The position numbers were made by a program, and so were the translations under genes. Below the pieces are notes generated by a model. That model saw only the letters and a list, made by a program, of their open reading frames with translations. It was not told the origin of the DNA and made no database searches. Positions 58,893 to 64,000 of a stretch of DNA of 64,000 nucleotides are shown here, in pieces. Position 1 is the first letter of the stretch; every line of letters starts with the position of its first letter. The stretch is from Anaerolineales bacterium (GTDB taxonomy: Bacteria > Chloroflexota > Anaerolineae > Anaerolineales > UBA4823). The DNA is taken from contig JANXBJ010000003.1 of the NCBI GenBank assembly GCA_025057645.1, positions 111,023 to 175,022 on the forward strand, written 5' to 3'.

Positions 58893-59573
58893 TTACTCCT
58901 GCTCCCAATGGTTTTCTTTCCAACCCGCTTCACCGCGCAGGGGGACAAAGGCCACCGGAACAAATTCCTCTTGCTCAAACTGAGAACCGTGCCGCGTCCA
59001 GCGCTCGAGCATTTGTCCCCACTGCCCGCCCACCGGGATTACCAGCCGTCCCCCCTCATCCAACTGTTCCAGAAGGGCGAGTGGCGCTTTGGGAGCTGCC
59101 GCAGTGACGATAATCGCTTGATAAGGGGCGAATTCCGGTAGGCCCAGCGAACCATCCCCGATATGGACGTGGATGTTCTGATAGCCCAGCTCCTGTAAGA
59201 GCCGGTGCGCCCGCTCGGCCAACTCTGCGTGAAGCTCGATCGTGTGCACTACTCGAGCGAGTTCGCCGAGGATCGCCGCTTGGTACCCCGATCCAGTGCC
59301 CACTTCCAGCACTTTTTCGTCCCCCTCCAAAAGCAGCAGCTGAGTCATCAGCGCAACAATGTAAGGTTGAGAGATGGTTTGGCCGGCACCAATAGGAAGC
59401 GGGCCGTCCACATAGGCCAAATGGCGATGCTCCAGAGGCACAAAGCGATGGCGCGGCACTTTGAGCATGGCTTTTAGCAGACGCGGTTCGTGGATGCCGC
59501 GCCGGCGCAGTTGTTCGTCCACCATGCGCTTGCGTTCGCGTTCGAAAAAGGCCTCTTCATCCTGTTGGTTCAT
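58893..59573 (-). CDS. pcm: Protein-L-isoaspartate O-methyltransferase
   Basis: VPRHRFV, QTISQPYIVA, LEVGTGSGYQAA. Confidence 0.95.
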   Translation of the reverse strand: MNQQDEEAFFERERKRMVDEQLRRRGIHEPRLLKAMLKVPRHRFVPLEHRHLAYVDGPLPIGAGQTISQPYIVALMTQLLLLEGDEKVLEVGTGSGYQAAILGELARVVHTIELHAELAERAHRLLQELGYQNIHVHIGDGSLGLPEFAPYQAIIVTAAAPKAPLALLEQLDEGGRLVIPVGGQWGQMLERWTRHGSQFEQEEFVPVAFVPLRGEAGWKENHWEQE

Positions 59574-60574
59574 GCGGTGCGGAGCTCCTCCACCAGTCTA
59601 CGCCAAAAATTGTCGCGCTGGCCGGGAACAAAGGGCAGATATAACGAGAGCCGCTGGACAAGTCCGGCATAGCGCCGACGCAGTTTCTCGGCTAAGCTTT
59701 GCTCCTCGCCGAGCACCGCAAAGGTTTCTAGCATGGTTTCGTCAATTAAAGCAGGCATTTCCTCCCATCGGGCACGGCTGGCCAAGGCCGAGAGCTTTTC
59801 ACCAACCTCTCCCCAGCCGTGATGTTCCAGCACCCGCCGATAAGAGGGTGTTGAGGCGTAAAACGCAATCTGAGCGCGAACGAACTGTGCTTCCTGCTTG
59901 CTTGTGGCCGTGAAAGCCATTACGCAGAGCTGAAATCTTGGGTTCTCTCGCTCTCGCTTTGTAAACCCAAGCCGAATTGCCGGAAGGAGGACTTGAGCAA
60001 GGTAATCAATTGAATGCAAAGGATGGACAAAAAAGCCGTCCGCTTCTTCGCCAGCCAACCGGGCTAACCCCGGGTTGACCCCGGCGATCAAGATTGGGAT
60101 GTCCGGGTGGGGGATCGGCCCGGGATTGAAGAAGGGTGACATCAGGGTTAGGCGGTGGTATCGGCCACGGTAATTCAACTCCGAACCCTCTTGCCAGCAT
60201 CGCCATAGGGATCGAATCGCTTGAATCTGCTCGCGCAGTTTGCCGACCACCGAGTCAGGCCAAGGCATCCCAAAGCGCCGCTCAATATGGGCCTTGACCT
60301 GTGTGCCCAAACCCAGAAGAAAACGTCCCTGTGAGAATTGAGCTAAATCCCAGGCGAGGTAGGCCAAGGTAGTGGGGCTGCGGGCAAACGAGACGGCGAT
60401 TGCCGTGCCAAAGTGCAAGTACCGAGTATGCTCGGCGATCAGAACACCGGGTAAGAAGGGATCGTGGCTGGTTTCCGGACACCACAAAGCATCGAAGCCA
60501 AAGGCCTCGGCTGCGCGGGCGACTTCAGGCACTCCGGAAAGAGTGGATGGAGCTAGAATCGCATCCACATTCAT
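59570..60574 (-). CDS. LLM-class, probably F420-dependent oxidoreductase
   Basis: ETSHDPF, GTAIAVSFARSP, LGLGTQVKAHIERRFG, FYASTPSY. Confidence 0.88.
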   Translation of the reverse strand: MNVDAILAPSTLSGVPEVARAAEAFGFDALWCPETSHDPFLPGVLIAEHTRYLHFGTAIAVSFARSPTTLAYLAWDLAQFSQGRFLLGLGTQVKAHIERRFGMPWPDSVVGKLREQIQAIRSLWRCWQEGSELNYRGRYHRLTLMSPFFNPGPIPHPDIPILIAGVNPGLARLAGEEADGFFVHPLHSIDYLAQVLLPAIRLGFTKRERENPRFQLCVMAFTATSKQEAQFVRAQIAFYASTPSYRRVLEHHGWGEVGEKLSALASRARWEEMPALIDETMLETFAVLGEEQSLAEKLRRRYAGLVQRLSLYLPFVPGQRDNFWRRLVEELRTA

Positions 60575-60652
60575 AAAAATCTACCGCATGTTTACCCTTG
60601 CAAACCGGCGTACCCTACGCCGGGAGGGTACGCCACGCATAAGAAAAAACCC

Positions 60653-61105
60653 TCACAAGTTCAAAGGGGCGTCGGGCACTTGCCTGCCTTCCAGCCCTTC
60701 AAAAACGCTAATAGCAGAACGCCACTCTTCCGGGATCGGAATCGATTTTTGCTGCCGATAGTCGTAAGCCACTTGGACGGTCGAGGCGGTGACAAGCTCA
60801 GCACGGGAAACGGCATCTTCGACTCGATAGGCCATCTCGAAGCTTTTATGGCCCAAGCGGGTGACGCGCACCCCAACCCGAAGAGGTTGGCCAAAATAGA
60901 TCGGAGCCTTGTAACTCACTCGGACCTCGGCCAGAATGATCCCGAGGTCCGAAAAAGAGCCGCCTCGCCAGAGGTTGAGGTATTTAATATACTGAATGCG
61001 GGCTTGCTCAAGATAGGTCACAATCTTGGCGTTGTTGACATGGCCCTGTGGGTCGAGGTCGCCGTAACGCACTTCGATAGGGTGAAAGAACCGAAATTCA
61101 CTCAT
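60653..61105 (-). CDS. 4HBT / YbgC-type acyl-CoA thioesterase
   Basis: VRYGDLDPQGHVNNA. Confidence 0.9.
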   Translation of the reverse strand: MSEFRFFHPIEVRYGDLDPQGHVNNAKIVTYLEQARIQYIKYLNLWRGGSFSDLGIILAEVRVSYKAPIYFGQPLRVGVRVTRLGHKSFEMAYRVEDAVSRAELVTASTVQVAYDYRQQKSIPIPEEWRSAISVFEGLEGRQVPDAPLNL

Positions 61106-61139
61106 TATAGAAATTATACTCTGGAGTATAATCCGCCCT

Positions 61140-62420
61140 ATGCAGAATTCAAAAACCGATCAACCGACACCTGAAGAGATTGACTCTCAGAGGTCTAGCC
61201 AAGTAGAGGGAAGGGACTCCCCCTCCGAGAGCGCTTCTGCTCCCGAAGAGGAGACTCTGGCGGCTACCCGAGAACATTTCACAAGTTCTACCCTTCCGAT
61301 TAGGCCAAGCCCAGCCCAAACTCCGCCCTCGACTGGTGGTCCAGAGGAAACGGTTAGGCTCAGCCTTCCTTCCGAGGTTCATCTGCAGGCGACGCAAGCC
61401 GTGACTCTCGCCGGGCAAGGGAAAGGTCGGCCGCCTTCTGCGTCACCTCAGAGCACGAAGCAGAGAGCTTCTCCGCTGGGATGGGTTATGCTCATCGGCA
61501 TTCTCGGCCTGATCGGCACTGCGTTTCTCAGCGCAATTGCTGGTTATGCCTCCGGAGTCAATGCCCGTAGAGCTGCGGCGGCGACTCAGGCGGGATTAGT
61601 TGCGAAAGAGCAGTATGAACTTGCTCTGCAAGAAATCGCCAACCAGGAGTACGGGCGTGCTCGCCAACGGCTGGAGTATGTGATCCAGATTGCGCCCGAC
61701 TATCCCGGCGCTGCTGAGAAGCTGGCGGAAGTGATTTTCCAAGCCAGCATTACGGCGACTCCAACCATCGCTCCTTCGCCGACTCCTTCACCCACTCCGG
61801 ATCTGCGCAGTGCTACTGAGCGCTTAGAGGCAGCGAGACAGCTCATCAACAACAGCCAATGGGCGGCGGCGATCGACACGCTGCTCCTTCTGCGTAAAGC
61901 CGAGCCCAATTTTCAACCTGCTGTGGTAGATGGCCTGCTTTATCTGGCCTATCGCAACAGCGGTCGCGATAAAATCCTCAAGGAAGCCAACCTTGAAGGG
62001 GGTATTTACGATCTGACCCTCGCCGAAAAGTTCGGCCCTTTGGATACTGAGACTAAGGGCCTGCAAAACTGGGCTCGTCTTTACCTGTTAGGAGCGAGCT
62101 ATTGGGACGTGGACTGGGGCCAGGTTGTGTATTATTTCGCTCAGGTGGCACCGGCGGTTCCTAACCTGCGCGATGCCACTGGGTGGACGGCCACAGATCG
62201 CTATCGCATTGCTCTGGGCAAGTATGCCGAGCAACTCCTAGCTAGAAGGGAGTGGTGTCAGGCGATGGAGATCTACCAGCAAGCCCTGAGCTACGGCGGG
62301 GATGCATCGCTGCAGGAAGGATATAACCGCGCCTATGAGCGATGTGTTGGCGCACAAGAGACGCCAACCCCGAGTGTTCCTCTGCCAACCGAGACTCCTA
62401 CTGAGACACCACAACCCTGA
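61140..62420 (+). CDS. Single-pass membrane protein with TPR-like repeats
   Basis: Disordered N-terminus, one transmembrane helix, helical repeats, PT-rich linkers. Confidence 0.7.
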   Translation: MQNSKTDQPTPEEIDSQRSSQVEGRDSPSESASAPEEETLAATREHFTSSTLPIRPSPAQTPPSTGGPEETVRLSLPSEVHLQATQAVTLAGQGKGRPPSASPQSTKQRASPLGWVMLIGILGLIGTAFLSAIAGYASGVNARRAAAATQAGLVAKEQYELALQEIANQEYGRARQRLEYVIQIAPDYPGAAEKLAEVIFQASITATPTIAPSPTPSPTPDLRSATERLEAARQLINNSQWAAAIDTLLLLRKAEPNFQPAVVDGLLYLAYRNSGRDKILKEANLEGGIYDLTLAEKFGPLDTETKGLQNWARLYLLGASYWDVDWGQVVYYFAQVAPAVPNLRDATGWTATDRYRIALGKYAEQLLARREWCQAMEIYQQALSYGGDASLQEGYNRAYERCVGAQETPTPSVPLPTETPTETPQP

Positions 62421-62479
62421 CTGCAATTTTGGCGCACTTCGGGGCAATCCCCAGAGGTCGTGCTGCGTTTCAAAGGCTT

Positions 62480-64000
62480 TTAGGGGCTGGGAGAGTTTTT
62501 GGGAGGAATTTGAGGGCGTTGCGCGCGGACGTACCAACCGAGAATGTTGGCGAAACGATCGGTGGGGTCAAACATCGGTCCAACACGAATATTTTGAATA
62601 CTTGCGTCTACGGCGTAATTGTAAACTGGGTAAAAGAGCGGCAGAGCAGGTAGCTCGCTTTGAAAGCGCACTTGGAAATTGTGGTATAAGCGGGCACGCT
62701 CTCCCCAGTCTGTAGTGATGCGCGCCCTCTCCAAGTATTCACTGGCCAGGCGGTCATCCCACTGGGCGTAATTCTGCCCTTCGGCGATCTGGGCTTGGTC
62801 CCAGAAAGGGTAAGGGTCTGGATCGGGTGAACGGGCGAAGCTCAGCTCAACCAGCGCTGCGTGGTAGTTCCGTGTCTCTAAGTATTGAGTCATCAAAGTC
62901 TCAAAAGGCACTGCTTTGGGCACGGCAACCACGCCCAGCTTTGCCCAACTTTGGGCAATTTCGGCTGCGAGTTCGGCGTAGCCCGGGACCTCGGGATAGA
63001 CTAACTCAAAGCGCAGCGCCACCCCTTCTTTCGCCCGTGCTTCTCCGCCTTCGGGCGGAAAGGTATAGCCGGCTTTCTTGAGCAGGTCCAAGGCCTCTTC
63101 TGGATCAAAAGGAATGCGTTCGATCCCATCATAGTAAGCCCAAGTGCCGGGCATGATCACCCCATCGGCGATGATCGCTTGGCCGTTACGCAGTTCATCA
63201 ATCAGACGTTGGCGATTCAGCCCCATCAACAAGGCGCGCCGGATTGTCTTGTCTTGGAAGAACGGTAGGTCCGGATGGTTGAGATTTAAGAAAATTAGGG
63301 TCAGGTTTGGCAAGCGAGCGGTATAGAGATTTAACCCCACTTCGGTAAGCACCTCCCTGAGAATGGTCTCATCGACACGGCTGATCCCTAGGACCTCTTG
63401 GGCGCGATAGGCGTTGAGAGCGGTCGCTCCATCGGGATAATAGCGAAACACAACCCCATCTAAATAGGCGCGTCCACGATGATAGCGTTCGAAAGCTTGG
63501 AGCGAAACCCCAACGATGTTTCCTTCTTCGCTGATGAAGCTTTGGAAACGGAATGGCCCGCTACCGATAGGCTGGAAATTGAACGGGGCACTTTGCATTG
63601 CCTCCACACTGGTTCCACCCAAGAGGTGCTTGGGCAAAACCCCGAACGTCAAGTAGTCTAAGAATGGAGCGAAGGCTGCGGGAAGACGGAATTGGATCGT
63701 TTTCTCGTCTAGAGGAACCACCTGGATTTGACGCCACATCTCTTTGATGTCCTGCGGCAGCGGAGAAGCATCGCTGCGCAGGGCATCTACGGTGAAGATG
63801 ATGTCGTCACTGGTCACGGGAGCGCCATCGTGCCAAACTGCTTGGGGGCGGATCGAGAAGTTATAGATTTTCCCATCGGCTGAAACCCCCCACGACTCGG
63901 CTAAATCCGGCTGGGGCAAACCGCGCTCGTCAAATTGGACCAAAGCAGCGTAAAGCAAGCGATTAACGTCGCGGTCGACCGGGTTGGTATAGTCCAACAC
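62480..64000 (-). CDS. Peptide/nickel ABC transporter substrate-binding protein (family 5), 5' end outside the window
   Basis: PDLAESW, WHDGAPVTSDD, PIGSGPF, ELPALPL. Confidence 0.9.
   Translation of the reverse strand: MLDYTNPVDRDVNRLLYAALVQFDERGLPQPDLAESWGVSADGKIYNFSIRPQAVWHDGAPVTSDDIIFTVDALRSDASPLPQDIKEMWRQIQVVPLDEKTIQFRLPAAFAPFLDYLTFGVLPKHLLGGTSVEAMQSAPFNFQPIGSGPFRFQSFISEEGNIVGVSLQAFERYHRGRAYLDGVVFRYYPDGATALNAYRAQEVLGISRVDETILREVLTEVGLNLYTARLPNLTLIFLNLNHPDLPFFQDKTIRRALLMGLNRQRLIDELRNGQAIIADGVIMPGTWAYYDGIERIPFDPEEALDLLKKAGYTFPPEGGEARAKEGVALRFELVYPEVPGYAELAAEIAQSWAKLGVVAVPKAVPFETLMTQYLETRNYHAALVELSFARSPDPDPYPFWDQAQIAEGQNYAQWDDRLASEYLERARITTDWGERARLYHNFQVRFQSELPALPLFYPVYNYAVDASIQNIRVGPMFDPTDRFANILGWYVRAQRPQIPPKNSPSP

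Overview
64 kb of mostly core chromosome from a moderately GC-rich bacterium. Gene content and motifs (YLPLV-type secreted proteins, T-boxes, short EF-Ts, F420-type LLM enzyme, twin ClpC) suggest Chloroflexota, probably Anaerolineae (inference). No prophage, IS element, CRISPR array, rRNA or tRNA was seen. Contents: a CarH-controlled divergent crtI-carH / crtB module, SRP RNA, homocitrate synthase with a C-terminal RAM domain, rpsB-tsf-pyrH, a GAF/HisKA_3-NarL pair, a T-box-led run (Rdx selenoprotein, trpS, dtd, CPA2 antiporter, PII-like, SPFH, selD), two clpC, ftsK, ubiA, ftcD, rpsA, a split chlI/chlD gene, a nucleoside hydrolase-ECF-MFS operon, T-box-ileS, a Clp1 kinase, GGDEF, a non-Pyl MttB, rnj, pcm and a partial peptide ABC binding protein. 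The most notable signals are recoding and RNA-level features that the ORF track misses: two in-frame UGA selenocysteine codons with SECIS-like hairpins; a selenoprotein inserted between a non-canonical Trp T-box and trpS; an A10 / A-AAA-AAG -1 frameshift joining chlI to chlD; a leaderless Lys leader peptide with full attenuator geometry before hcs; and a candidate sRNA behind a palindromic NarL-type site. All calls were made by eye from motifs; no database searches were run.
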